NCBI RefSeq assembly: GCF_001194135.2
Contig: NC_068983.1
Coordinates: 167,318,111-167,352,049 of the forward strand
DNA length: 33,939 nucleotides
From: Octopus bimaculoides
Lineage: Eukaryota
Direction of reading: 5' to 3'
Shown here in pieces: positions 10,024 through 21,735 of this stretch (positions are counted from its first letter, which is position 1; each line of letters begins with the position of its first letter). The translations under genes and the position numbers were made by a program. The notes below the pieces were generated by a model. The model did no database searches and had not been told where the DNA came from. It saw only the letters and a list, made by a program, of their open reading frames with translations.

Positions 10024-10700
10024 CGTATCACTCACCTGCCATTCTCAGTATCATCCCATACCATCCACATCTCAGATCAGCCATCACCCCACCCCCAACC
10101 ACCACCTGTGTTCACTCTCTATTCCTTCCTATATACCTTGGATCTCCACCCACCCCCTTTTATCCTCCTGTTTTTCACTTCCTCCTCCCAGACCCACTCC
10201 TATTTCCTTCACTACTGACCATGTCACCCCCTCTCCCCTGTTCAGGGCATCACCTCTAGCCCCACCCACCATTTCTTTCTATCCATCTGTCACTCATACT
10301 CTTGTGACTGTATCTGTTCCTCTGTTCCTATCCCCTCTCCCCTTTACCTGTTCCTCAATCCTCATTCCCTTGTACCTTCAGGGTACACCTTGACACCTTC
10401 TCTCCTTTTCCAGCTGGGGCAGCCATCTATCTCCTTGTTCCAAACCCCCTCTCCACCATACACACACCTGGCACATAAAGCCATCTCTCCTACAAATCAG
10501 GGCTCATCTCGTCCTGCAAGCTGCTTGGCACTCTTGCTTCTGCCAGTCACATATGTACTGCAAAGCAGTTGGTGTTAGGGAGGGAATCAAGATACAGAAA
10601 CCCTAACCAGATCATTGCAGCTTGACACAGTTCAATCCCTGTCAAACCATCCCACCCCCAACACGGCATGGATTGGAGGTGCTAAAGGAGGAGGAGGAGG
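10024..10700 (+). mobile_element. Probable RTE-type LINE 3'UTR (polypyrimidine tract plus tail)
   Basis: C/T-rich tract followed by gcaagctgcttgg...gttggtgttagggaggg...agaaacc...gtcaaaccatccca...gcatgga, resembling the other tails. The 5' end is lost in a gap. Confidence 0.5.
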
Positions 10701-10761
10701 AGGATTAGACATCTCAGTGTTACCTGTTGTTGTTGTTGTATATAAAAAGAGAAAAACATAA

Positions 10762-10910
10762 GGTGGCAGAAACGGTAGCATGCTGGGCAAAATGTTCTGA
10801 GTTCAAATTCAGCCAAGACCAACTTTGAGGTCAATAAAATAAGTACCAGTTAAGCACTGGAGTCACTTACTCCTGTCTAAAGTTGCTGGCCTTGTGCCAA
10901 AATTTGAAGC
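10762..10910 (+). mobile_element. tRNA-derived SINE (OR1/Meta-domain-like), internally deleted
   Basis: ggtggcagaaacggtagcatgctgggcaaaatg...ttctgagttcaaattc...aataaaataagtaccagttaagcactgg...gctggccttgtgccaaaatttgaa. The family name is recalled from the literature, not searched. Confidence 0.7.
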
Positions 10911-11178
10911 CAGTAATTAAAGCGAATGTGTGTGTGTTGTGGATGCACACATAAGAAGATATGAACATGAAAAGAGAATGCCATCAGTTTGTTTGTGAAG
11001 TTACAAACCATTTTAGAGATGCAATCAGGTGGGGGTTTTATTCAGTATTTGTCCAGCTCTCTCTCTCTTCCATGTCAAATTCTAAATTGTACACACACAG
11101 ATACATACCACTGTGTGAGTATTCACAACGATGGAGAAAAAACATCCATGCATATATATATACATACGCACACACGCA

Positions 11179-11482
11179 CAGGTGCGATGCATAAACTGTG
11201 ATCACTCTAAACATCATGTTGTTGATTGGATATTTGATTTTTATCACTCTTGGTACGTGTCCTTAGATAGACACCGAAACACTCTGAAATGTTTCTATTG
11301 GAGCTTCCAGCATGAATGCCAAGCAGTACAGCATGTCGTTTCCAAATTTCTGGCAGAGTGGATTGCGTCATGGTGCTATTTTTCTCACAGACAGTGCCCA
11401 ACTGACCCTACTATACTGTGTAGTCAACAAAATCAAAAACAAGCAATTTTCAAAATGGCAACAATTTACCCATTGCACCCTG
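11179..11482 (-). mobile_element. Tc1/mariner-derived non-autonomous element with transposase HTH remnant
   Basis: Degenerate TIRs (caggtgcgatgcataaactgtgatcact versus cagggtgcaatgggtaaattgttgccatt) and TA at the right end. The internal minus frame EIWKRHAVLLGIHAGSSNRNISECFGVYLRT resembles a Tc1/mariner N-terminal HTH. Confidence 0.65.
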
Positions 11483-11987
11483 TAATTATATATGCATATA
11501 CACATACATACATACATACATACACACACACACTGCCATATGTGAACATATGCAGAAACAAAGACACACACAAGCACAAAGGAGAACAGCTAAGCAGCTT
11601 CTTAATTCTTTTGCTCTCTCTGTCTCTCTCTCTCTTTCTGCCGATATCAAGAATAGGTAACTAAGAATACTTGAATAAGCATTCAAAGAGCTGTTGTTGT
11701 TGTTGTTGTGTCCTGAGATTATATACATGGCTGAAGTATCATCACCATGACAACAAATTACAGTTAATGGAAAACTCTCTTTGCAAATAATAATATTGTG
11801 TTGTTGCAGGTATTATTGTCAGCAAAATGAATGATCCAGGTAACAATGGAGCTGACCAAGTAGAAAATAACTGAGTTTATTGCACCGGAGAGAGTGAATG
11901 TATGGAGAAAGTATGACAGGGGAAAAGTGGATGGCTGTGGGTGTCATACTTTCTCCAGAGATAACGGAGGAAGAGGAAGGTACAGAA

Positions 11988-11995
11988 ATACACAC

Positions 11996-12073
<78 letters not shown>

Positions 12074-12132
12074 TCGCACAGGGACAAACATACGTATAGA
12101 AATAGATATATACACACACACACACACACACA
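11988..12132. repeat. Compound (CA)n-(TA)n-(CA)n microsatellite
   Basis: Direct. It explains the spurious ORFs in the track at 11819-12346. Confidence 0.95.
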
Positions 12133-13014
12133 TATGTATGTGAAAGAAGACAAGAGACAGACGGAGAGAATGGATTTGTGTGAAAGCTATGTTTACAAGA
12201 GGGTTTGTGCATGTGTATTTTGGTTTTCAAACAAGCCAGAAATGTGTGTGTGTGTGTGTGTTTACAAAGTGACTACATGTAGTTTAAGCCTTGTTTACAC
12301 AGCTCCAGTGAAGCTAAAGCAACAGAGGACACCACATAAGACATAGGCAGCAGACCTGGTTCAATGTAATGCTTACAGTAAAGAAAACGAAATATCACTT
12401 CCGTTCACATCATCATCACCACCATCATTGTTTCCTTTTGAAAAAATTATTACTTTACAACCCAGTGACAGTAAGAGTTGTGGAGCGGAAATGGAAAAAC
12501 AATAGCAATTTTAAGNNNNNNNNNNNNNNNNNNNNNNNNNNNNNNNNNNNNNNNNNNNNNNNNNNNNNNNNNNNNNNNNNNNNNNNNNNNNNNNNNNNNN
12601 NNNNNNNNNNNNNNNNNNNNNNNNNNNNNNNNNNNNNNNNNNNNNNNNNNNNNNNNNNNNNNNNNCATCAAAACACCTAAAAAAAAAACCTCTGTAAAAC
12701 ATTCTCTTTTCAAATTATGAAACTGTTTTTTTTCATTTGGTTTTCAATTATTTTTTTCTTCTTTGTTTTGATTATTGTTAAAAATAGACTTTTGTTGATT
12801 TTTAATTAACCAAAGAATTGGCTAAATCAGCTCAGAAACTACATTGAAGGAAAAAAGGGGGTTTGAAAACTGAAATTAGGGGTCTGGGTTAAATTTACTT
12901 CAGAATTGTTTAGTACAAGGGCAGAACCCTACACTTATACTCTTTCTATGTTAGCTTACTACACTCATCTAACAAAAGCTTAATGTGTTCATCTCTTTTT
13001 CCATTATTTCGGAC

Positions 13015-13190
13015 GGCAAGCTGACAAAATGCTTGGTGATATTTCACCCACCTTCATGTTCTGAGTTCAAATTCTACCAAGGTTGATTTTGCTTTTCATT
13101 CTTTTGGGGGTTGATGAAATAAGTACCTGTTGTAATTGACTAACTACCTTCTGCAAAGTTTCAGGATTTATACTCAGAGTAGAAAGGATT
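13015..13190 (+). mobile_element. SINE (OR1/Meta-domain-like)
   Basis: ggcaagctgacaaaatgcttgg...ttctgagttcaaattctaccaaggttgattttgcttttcattcttttggggttgatgaaataagtacc. Confidence 0.75.
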
Positions 13191-13200
13191 ATTATTATTA

Positions 13201-14640
13201 TGGAGAAAGCATTTGACAAGGTCCCCCGATCCCTTATCTGGTGGTCAATGTGGAAACTAGGGATAGATGAGTGGTTAGCAAGAGCTGTACAAGGATGCTG
13301 TCAGTAAAGTGAGGGTTGGCAACGAGTATTGTGAAGAATTCTGGTAGGAGTAGGGATCAACCAAGGGTCAGTCCTTAGCCCCTTCATTATTCATCATAGT
13401 TCTCCAGGCAATAACAGGATTTCAAGACAGGATGCCCTTGGAAGCTCCTCTATGTTGATGACCTTGCTCTAATTGTTGAGTCATTATCAGAACTAGAGAA
13501 GTTTCAGGTGTGGAAGCAAGGTCTAGAATCGAAGGGCCTTAGGAAGGCAGACAAATCATGAATTCCTTTAGGCAGATGGCCCTGCTCAATCTGTAGAAAA
13601 GGCGTGGGTAGAAACTCCATAAAATGTACCCAGTGTAAGCAATGGACACATAAGAGGTGCAGCAATATCAAAGGAAGGCTAACTAGGAAGATAGTTTTTG
13701 TGTGTGGCAGATGTTCAGGAGCAATAAACACTGAAAATGTGCAGAGAACAACTTCTGTCACATTCCAGGGAGAAAAACTACAAGTAGTTGATAGCTTCCA
13801 ATGCCTAGGAGACCAAATCAGTAGCGGGGGAGGGTGCGCTGAAAGTGTAGCTGCTAGAATAAGAATAGCCTGGGCAAAGTTCAGAGAGCTCCTACCTCTG
13901 CTGGTGACAAAGGGCTTCTCGTTCAGAGTAAAAGATAAACTGTATGATGAATGTGTGCGAACAGCCATGCTACATGGCAGTGAAACTTGGGCCGTGACTG
14001 CTGAGGACATGCGTAAGCTCGCAAGGAATGAAGCCAGTATGCTCCGCTGGATGTGTAATGTCAGTGTGCATACTCGACAGAGTGTAAGTACCTTGAGGGA
14101 AAAGTTGGACCTAAGAAGCATCAGTTGTGGTGTGCAAGAGAGACGATTGCGCTGGTATTGTCATGTATTGTGTATGGTTGAGGACAGCTGTGAGAAAAAG
14201 TGTCACACTCTAGCAGTAGAGGGAACCTGTGGAAGAGGAAGACCTGGGATGAGTTGGTGAAGCATGGCCTTTGAACGTTGGGCTTTACCGAGGCAATTAT
14301 AAGTGACAGAGACCTTTTGAAATATGCTGTGGTTGAGAAGACCTGGCAAGCCAAGTGAGACCGTAACTGTGGCCTATACCAGTGCAGCATAACTGGCCCA
14401 TCTAAGAGTACCTTTCAATCATTAGACAATAAAATGCGCTTGCGAAGACCTGTTGAGTCAAGTGAAGTCATCTTCGTGGCCGATGACAGTACCACCTGAT
14501 TGGCACCCGTGCTGGTGGCACATAAAAAGCACCATTCAAGTTTGATCATTGCCAGTATTGCATGGCTGGCTGCCGTGCCTGTGGCACGTAAAAATCACCA
14601 TTCAAGCCTGGTCAATACCAGTGCCAGTGACATGAGAAGC
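13201..14640 (+). mobile_element. 5'-truncated, frameshifted RTE-clade LINE (RT C-terminal half plus 3'UTR)
   Basis: EKAFDKVPRSLIWWSM..LGIDEW, GINQGSVLSP, GCPWKLLYVDDLAL, Cys/His cluster, VDSFQCLGD, ARIRIAWAKFRELLP, TAMLHGSETW, VQERRLRWY, GRGRP. Stop at about 14356-14358, then repeated ggcacgtaaaaa-type 3'UTR units. Confidence 0.95.
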
Positions 14641-14879
14641 AAAGTTGAACCGAGAACATGAAGAATCAAAAGAAATGATGTTAAGCATTTTTTGACCAAA
14701 AGGTTAACAATTTTGCTAAGCTCACTGCCTTAGTCATCCACTTTGCAATGCTTGCTTAGGTCAAACAGCATTTCTATGGTCAGATGCCGCCCTTCCTACA
14801 GCCACACATATTTTCCATGGAAGACTGGAAATGAAGAACATTACTCATATGATGATGATGATGTTCATTTACAACTACC

Positions 14880-15060
14880 ATGTTATTATGCCAAGGCAAA
14901 AGTATTATACACACACACACAAATTCCATCTGACCCATGCAAGTAAGGAAAAGTGGATGTTAAATGATATATAAGGGGCTTCCTTTAGTTTCCATCTACC
15001 AAATCCAACAACAAGGGATCAGTTTGGAGCTACAGTAGAAGATACCTGCCCAAAGTGGTG
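14880..15060. mobile_element. Adjacent RTE tail (+) and CORE SINE (-) fragments
   Basis: ccatctgacccatgcaagtaaggaaaagtggatgttaaatga, then tttagtttccatctaccaaatcc...ctacagtagaagatacctgcccaaag. Confidence 0.55.
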
Positions 15061-16417
15061 TAGAAATAATAGTAAGTCAATGACAGTCACAAGACTTAAC
15101 AACCAAATTGATTTACAGAGTGAATGTCTGATCAATACTTGAAGCCATAAACTGTGTGTGTGATTTGTTTCCGCCACTAAGCAGCAATTATTTTATCCTT
15201 GCTACATCACTCTGATGATTTTGTTTAGTCAAGCGGAAATACCTGTGACATGTTGACATTATATAGTTATTTAATAAATCCATTGATTCTATAGAATAGA
15301 GATCTTAAGCCAACTAACAATTCAAGAAACTAAAACATGTTTGGTCCCCACCACCCACCACCCTTTTTAATTCTGATCCATTAGAAATCAACCCCTTGCT
15401 GAGGTCATTGACTGACAAAGTAAATGATTCTAAACAACAAAGATGATGCCAGTCTTAAACAGGTCTCCATAAACAACAAGTGTATCTTTTATCAGTTCGG
15501 AATACTTAGTCTCACACTTGCTAACTGAATATGTAAAGGGCTTCATTTGAAAAAAAATATTGTGCTGTATAACGAACCCTTTCATCTGAGTTATCTTTGG
15601 TTAATTTAAAATAACTGCCAGTGATATATTTTTTTTTTAAATATGCTAATTTTCTATGTCTATTCTGGTACAATATTGTACATCTACTTTCTCATTACTA
15701 ATACAAGTATGCTGTGGAGGTGGGGAGGGGGTGCTGTTTTACTCAAGAGGGCTAAAGTTGTCTACCCTTACTAGCTGAAATGGTTAAAATATATTAGTGA
15801 AACCTAATTTTGTCTATTCTTCAGCAGATACGTATTTCTAATTAGATTTTTAATGCTTACTGCATCAAGTTTGTTGAACTTAACTATTGTTTCTTCATGC
15901 TGATCGTGTCTGAGTAAAATACCATCAATGATTGTAGTTCCTTTGCAGAGAGAGTAGAATCATATACCTTGCTCAAGAACACAATGCAATGACTGATGTG
16001 AGATTTGAACTTACAGCATCACTATAGTTAAGATTTTAACTAATAGCCATGTGTTCTTTACTGAGAGTCTAAAGTGACCAACACATTGAAAGAATTGGAG
16101 AGCTGAGAGAGCACGTCTTGCAGGTTTCTATACAATAAACTTAGGATAGTGGGGAAACGGCTCCCTCCATGTCACAACAGATCAAACATTAAACCTAATA
16201 GCTACCCCTTTGTTATCCCCAACTTTATTTTTTTTAAACTTGGTTCTTATTCTATCAGTCTCTTTTGCTGAACTGGTAAGTTATGGGGAACATAAACACA
16301 CAAACGTATTTCACTTAGGCATTGTGATGCTAGCTTGGTGTATAACTCACTCTGTGTATGCTTTTGAATGAAGTGTTGGTCAAGTACAGAGCAGTAATAA
16401 GAGATGACAGACAAATG

Positions 16418-16574
16418 ATTAGCTTACAACCGTTTCCTCCATAAGATGTGGTCGACTCAGTTGAGTGCCTGAGTAACACCTTCCAGTTTCACCAGAGCTT
16501 CAAACATCAAGTGCTATTCATTTGGGCAAAAGAGAGTCCACCACATCTTATGGGGGAAACAGCCATAAGCTAAT
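16418..16574. mobile_element. 157-bp MITE-like element with 41-bp terminal inverted repeats
   Basis: 16418-16458 versus the reverse complement of 16534-16574 match at 35/41 by hand alignment. Confidence 0.7.
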
Positions 16575-16624
16575 GAAATTCATAAGATAATCAGTTATTC
16601 TTTTGTCATCTCTTTTACGAGACG

Positions 16625-16762
16625 TTTCTTACAGTTTCCATTTACCAAATCCACTCACAAGGCTTTAGTAGACACTTGCTGAAGTTGCCACACAGCTAGG
16701 ACTGAAGCATGCAGGGGCAGGTCATGTGGTTAGGAAGCAAGCTTCTTACCACACAGCCATTC
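16625..16762 (-). mobile_element. CORE-type SINE (OR2-like)
   Basis: cagtttccatttaccaaatccactcacaaggcttt...gacacttgc...gttaggaagcaagcttcttaccacacagcca. Confidence 0.8.
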
Positions 16763-17199
16763 CAAAATTTTCTCTTCCTTAGGCTTAAACGAATAAAAGA
16801 GGTTTAGTCTTTTGGAAGTTACTCAGGCAAGAATAGAAACCATTCCCCGTTAAAAAAAAAAGTCCTAAATTGGTTGTGATTTGAAATAGCTAAAGAAAAC
16901 ATTTTCTTATATGTATTTGTATTAGAGACTCTCTCGTATCCAGCAACAACAGAAATGGTAACAACAACAACATGCACGGAACACTTTGTCCCTGATCTGT
17001 TCTTCTTCCACAACAGTACATGTGTTAGTTTACCCCTGCTGCTGCGTAACACCCAGTCTGTCTTTCTGGCTGTTTACAACATGACTAAATGCTTTCTACA
17101 GAGAAATTAAACTATCAGCTTTCATCAAATTGACCCCATTTCCTATTTTACTTCCAACCCAAGCAGTCAGGAAATTTTAAAGAAAACCCAAGAGGCTGA

Positions 17200-17230
<31 letters not shown>

Positions 17231-17857
17231 NNNNNNNNNNNNNNNNNNNNNNNNNNNNNNNNNNNNNNNNNNNNNNNTATATGTGTGTGTGTGTGTGTGT
17301 TTATTTATTAATATTATTTAGCAGAAGCAACAGAATGACTCGAAGGCAGAGAGTTTTGTGTGTTACCACTTATAAAAGTTTGGTGATAAGTTTGATGTGT
17401 GTGTGTGTACACATACATGCATATATATATAGTGAAATACTTTGAAATATCAAGAGAGTAATCTTTCAGCAGTGGAAACAACTTGCCAAGCTAACAATTC
17501 CAATATGGAATTGTAAGTTCACTAACTATTATTTGTTCATACTAAGGCTATTAATTATACTATCCAATGCCAGAATTAATTAACAATATAAAAACTAAAT
17601 AGCAAATTGCTTTGGAAATAACCTTCTTTTTGGTCTTAAGAGAGATTGAGTTGCTAAATTTAAACTGACAGAATCTCAAGAGGTACTGAGGTTTGTGTAA
17701 ACATACTAAGTAGACATTATTGTTGTCACAATCACAGATTTGAACTGATTACATCAATTGTTTGGGATTTTGTATAATTCTGTACAGTAATCAGCTGATT
17801 CCCTCAGAGCTCAAGAACTTATTATGTGTTGATGACAAATCCCAAAAACTTAAATAG

Positions 17858-18240
17858 CTGACTGCGTGGTAGTAGGAAGTTTGCTGACCAAACACATGGA
17901 TTTAGGTTCAGTGCCACTGTGTAGCACCTTGAGCAAGTATTTTCTGCAATGGCCTCAGGCTGACCAAAGCTTTGGGAGATGGAAACAGAGAAGAAGCCCA
18001 TCATGTGTGGGTGGTTTGTTACTGTGTTTTTGCTTTGATTTCAGGTAACAGTTCAGGCAAAAAGTGTCCGTTTCCAATTTTCTGAGACACGTCTAGTCAT
18101 GGGGGGAAATATTATCTCACTTGGAAACAGATGAGGGTTGGTGACAGGAAGGGCATCCAACCATAGAAGATTCAGCTTAATAAACTGTCTGACCATGCAG
18201 CAAGTGTGGAAATATGGACATTAAAACAATGATGATGATC
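17858..18240 (+). mobile_element. Composite SINE: tRNA/CORE head, unique middle, RTE-type tail
   Basis: Head gtggtagtaggaagtttgct...ggttcagtgccactgtgtagcaccttgagcaagt. Tail gttggtgacaggaagggcatcca...ggacattaaaacaatgatgatga. Confidence 0.7.
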
Positions 18241-18976
18241 AAAGAATTAAATGGATATAGAAAATATTCTTTTTTTTAGGGCAGTTGATGGTGTAATACA
18301 TAGAGCAGCAGTATTTCATATATTCTGGGTTCAAACCCTGCCAAAATTAAATGTAGCATTCATTAGTGGTGGGATATGACAAAAACAAGACAGACTTGGA
18401 TTAAATCCTTTTCTGACCAAACCCTGCCAGAATCAACTTTCACTGTCAGAACAAGCACCACACTTGGCAGAATACAGGACACTTTCTCTCTTTTCTCATA
18501 CCGAAAAAAAAAAAAAAGTCCTTAAAAAGAAAGAAAAAATCACCCTTGATCTTATAACCAAAGTTATTATAAAACATGTGAACGGTGGAGAGAAATGAAG
18601 GATGATCTGTTGGATTTTCAATATCAATTTGTATGAAAAGCATAGAGCAGATGATCCGAGAGATTAACTGGGCATTAAAGGCATCAGCTAAACAGGTTTT
18701 AACGGGAGCAATGGTTATTAGCTAAAAATGGTGTGTGTAAGGAGGGACTGAGGCTGTTGTTGGCTTCACAGATGAGATGACAGCAGATTGAGAGGAGGGC
18801 TACCATGTTGTTGGACTGAAGACTATCCAAACGAAAGCAGTACAGGAAAACAGAGGTTAGTATAGTCGTTGTTATTAATATTATTATTTAGTTTCCAATC
18901 AACTTTATTCTTTTTATGATTGATAATTTTAAAGATAAGAGTTTTCATTTCCCACTCTCATAAACGTGCAGGTTTA

Positions 18977-19017
18977 TACATACATACATACGTACGTACG
19001 TACGTACGTACATACAT

Positions 19018-19050
<33 letters not shown>

Positions 19051-19085
19051 TGTGCATACATACACATACATACATATGTGCATAC
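18977..19085. repeat. (TACA)n/(TACG)n/(CA)n microsatellite
   Basis: Direct. Confidence 0.9.
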
Positions 19086-20009
19086 ATGAAGGAATACATT
19101 TTATGTTCCTTTTATTTGATTTGTTGAGCAAAACTTGTTAATTAACTGAAGATTTTCATTGGCTTCTTTAATACAAAAGAGACGGATAGGGATCATGGCC
19201 TCATTTGACTCGTCTGACAACTTAACTGAGTGACATGTTGGGTTGGGTTTATTTGGACAACAAAGATAAAAAGTCAAGTGAATTCTGGGACACAATTACA
19301 CTTCATCTTGAACGTATGCTTCTTAACAATATAACTCAGGAAAAATACCTCAAGGGAAATTATTCTGTATTATACAACCACATCGGCTTTTTGGGGTTTT
19401 TTTTTTATATCTCATATAGTGAGTTGCAAAACTGCAAACAGCTGAAATTATCTAAGCAATGTGAAGACAAAAACTCCCTTTAAAGATGCTTAAAATCTAA
19501 AAGTAACAAAGAGGATAAATTCAACAATCATATTTTGGGGCAGTGAATACAGATTAGGACAGATCTCCCCAATCGGAGGTGTCTTCAGCTCTTGGTTTCA
19601 TTAAAATATTTTGGAATCTAAACTTCTGATTGTTTAGATTGTTAAGTGAACAAATTATTATCTTAATAGGAGACACTGGACCATGCAAGAACCTTCTCAT
19701 AACAGGATTAATCTTATCTTTCTATTATTGTCATTTCTGTAGAAATAATTATCGATATAAATGTTGATTGATTGATTTTTATGACCATCAGAGAGAGAGA
19801 GAGTTAACATAAGAAGGGTAGAGTGAGTGTACATACCCCAGCTTGGTGTTGGCAATGAGTACATGAATCCTCAACACACACACACAATAAAAAATAAAAA
19901 AACCTCATAGGGACAGAAGAGAAGGGTGTGTGTGTATAAAGATTAGAAGTTGTTAAAAACTGAAACAATGCAAAATGAAAAACAGAACGGTCAATGTTTT
20001 ACTTTTGTA

Positions 20010-20330
20010 TTTCTTTGATATTTTGGGGTTAAAACCCCTTCATCAGGACACAGTGGAGTAGAAAGAGGACACAGTATAAAGCTGTTATTTTCACTCAGAT
20101 GTGTGGGAGGCAGTAGAGAGATGTGTAGATGGGTGTTGCTATAGTAACCAGTCAGTTTCATGCAGTTCTTGTCTGTTGCTTAATGAAGGTTTAAACTAAT
20201 TAATTAGGATTCAACGATTGACTGTGTTGCCTTCTGTGGCTCTGATATGGTAAAGTGCTGAGCCTGGCACTTCAGCAAGTGTTTACAGACTGAAGTGTTT
20301 CGGCAGATGTACAGTTTTCCAATGCTGTTC
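20010..20330 (-). mobile_element. Penelope-like element 3' remnant (GIY-YIG end plus pLTR with decayed hammerhead)
   Basis: Minus strand gives frameshifted IVES/LIN*FKPSLS, resembling the E..LI...KP.LN end of PLE endonucleases. Downstream is tcCTGATGAaggggttttaaccccAAAA. Confidence 0.45.
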
Positions 20331-20619
20331 TCACACTTTATATTATTAATTAGCATAATTGGAATTATGGTAGGGTCTTCTATGTAATCTTGTGGGTTGG
20401 AAAATTTGATTAACTGAGATTACCTTTTGTCTTACATATAAGCACGAACACATAAGTGTGTGCACACATACGAGCTTGCACACACTCACATGCTCATACC
20501 GAACAGTTTCGAAACAACGCCAGATCATACATTCAAAATAAATGGAAGTGGAGAGACAGGTTACTGAAGAGATTACAAGAGTGCAATGAAATAATTTAAC
20601 AAAAAACTATATAAATTAA

Positions 20620-20735
20620 TAAAGGACTGAACCAGTGCGTGTGTTTATTACCGGCATAATGCCTCTCCCAAGGTTTAATTGTATTTCTTTCAACACACGT
20701 ATCCACATCAAGAATCTTGCACACGAAATACACAT
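20620..20735 (+). repeat. Unclassified dispersed repeat, second copy at about 28918-29030
   Basis: Shared gaaccag..gtgtttatta..gg.ataatg...ttcaacac...cacatcaagaatctt. Confidence 0.6.
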
Positions 20736-21609
20736 ACGAAATATAATTTGAAATTACTGCCAGAAATAGTTAAGAACAAACAGAGACCCTGGTAGCAACA
20801 CTACCCAAGGGGTCTGGCCTGGTGTGGTGAGGGCATTGCATCATTCATCATCATAAGACACTGGGTGGTGCTTTTGGTTCTGGGGCAAACCCCTCCATTT
20901 TACGTTGGGTCCAGTTCACTCAGCTAAAAACTGAGTGATCCTGCAATGAATTGGCAATCAAAAGGAATGTTGGGCTCTCGGTCCCTTTATATAATATCCT
21001 GAAAAATCTTGAACAGTCCTAAGGCTAAAAGGAAAAATAAACTAGCAAAGCCAGTGGAATCTTCAGGGAGAGGTTAGTTGTTGTCATTCAGCTCCTGAGT
21101 GAAAGCAGACATTCCAGTCATGACAACCTCCAAGTAATATGTATTTGAATTATTATAGTAGGGTGAATTTGAGGGAGATTTGGCAGTTATTTCTAGTGAC
21201 AATAGAGAATTCCCTTGGTTACTCAATAACTCAAAGTAGGAGGTCAATAAATAACGATTTACAGATAATCAATGTCCCATGAAGGGAGACTGTCGTTATC
21301 CTCTTAGAATACTTAAATTATTTTTTTTTCATTAATAGAAAATTGACAGACCATTTTATGTTGAACAGGTTTACTAATGGAAAACAGAAACGGAATTCAG
21401 CTTTGATAATTGTAGAATGACTGGTTAACATCCAGCTTTAGGCTAATTAAAACATAATAATGTAATATTCTATGATAATAATAACAACAGTGAAAGGATA
21501 ACATTATGTAAGAGTGAGAAATTGAACAACAGCTCCAAAGGAGACAATTTGTTGTGGCTCACAGAAGGATTTCTGATTTCAGTGGAAGCCAGTCGATAAC
21601 CTTCACTGC

Positions 21610-21735
21610 AGTACTTGGCTGGTACTTGAATTCTTTTCTTTTTTTTTTTTTTACTCTGGAAGGATGAAAGCTAAAGTTGACCTCAGAGGGATTTTGAACT
21701 CAGAAAGTGCAGGAATAAATGCTACTAAGCCTTGC
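21610..21735 (-). mobile_element. SINE (OR1/Meta-domain-like)
   Basis: ctggtactt...ggatgaaagctaaagttgacctcagagggattttgaactcagaa. Confidence 0.7.

Noticed and set aside
9321-10259. Long ORFs spanning N runs (also at 12.4-12.7, 21.7-22.4, 26.7-27.7 and 32.3-32.6 kb)
   Set aside because: They are artefacts of gaps containing no stop codons.
11819-12346. Several 70-150 aa ORFs (YIYI/CVCV/HTHT)
   Set aside because: They are translations of dinucleotide microsatellites.
19235-19483. 82-aa plus-strand ORF and nearby L1-like word fragments
   Set aside because: No convincing motif order; consistent with chance or extreme decay.
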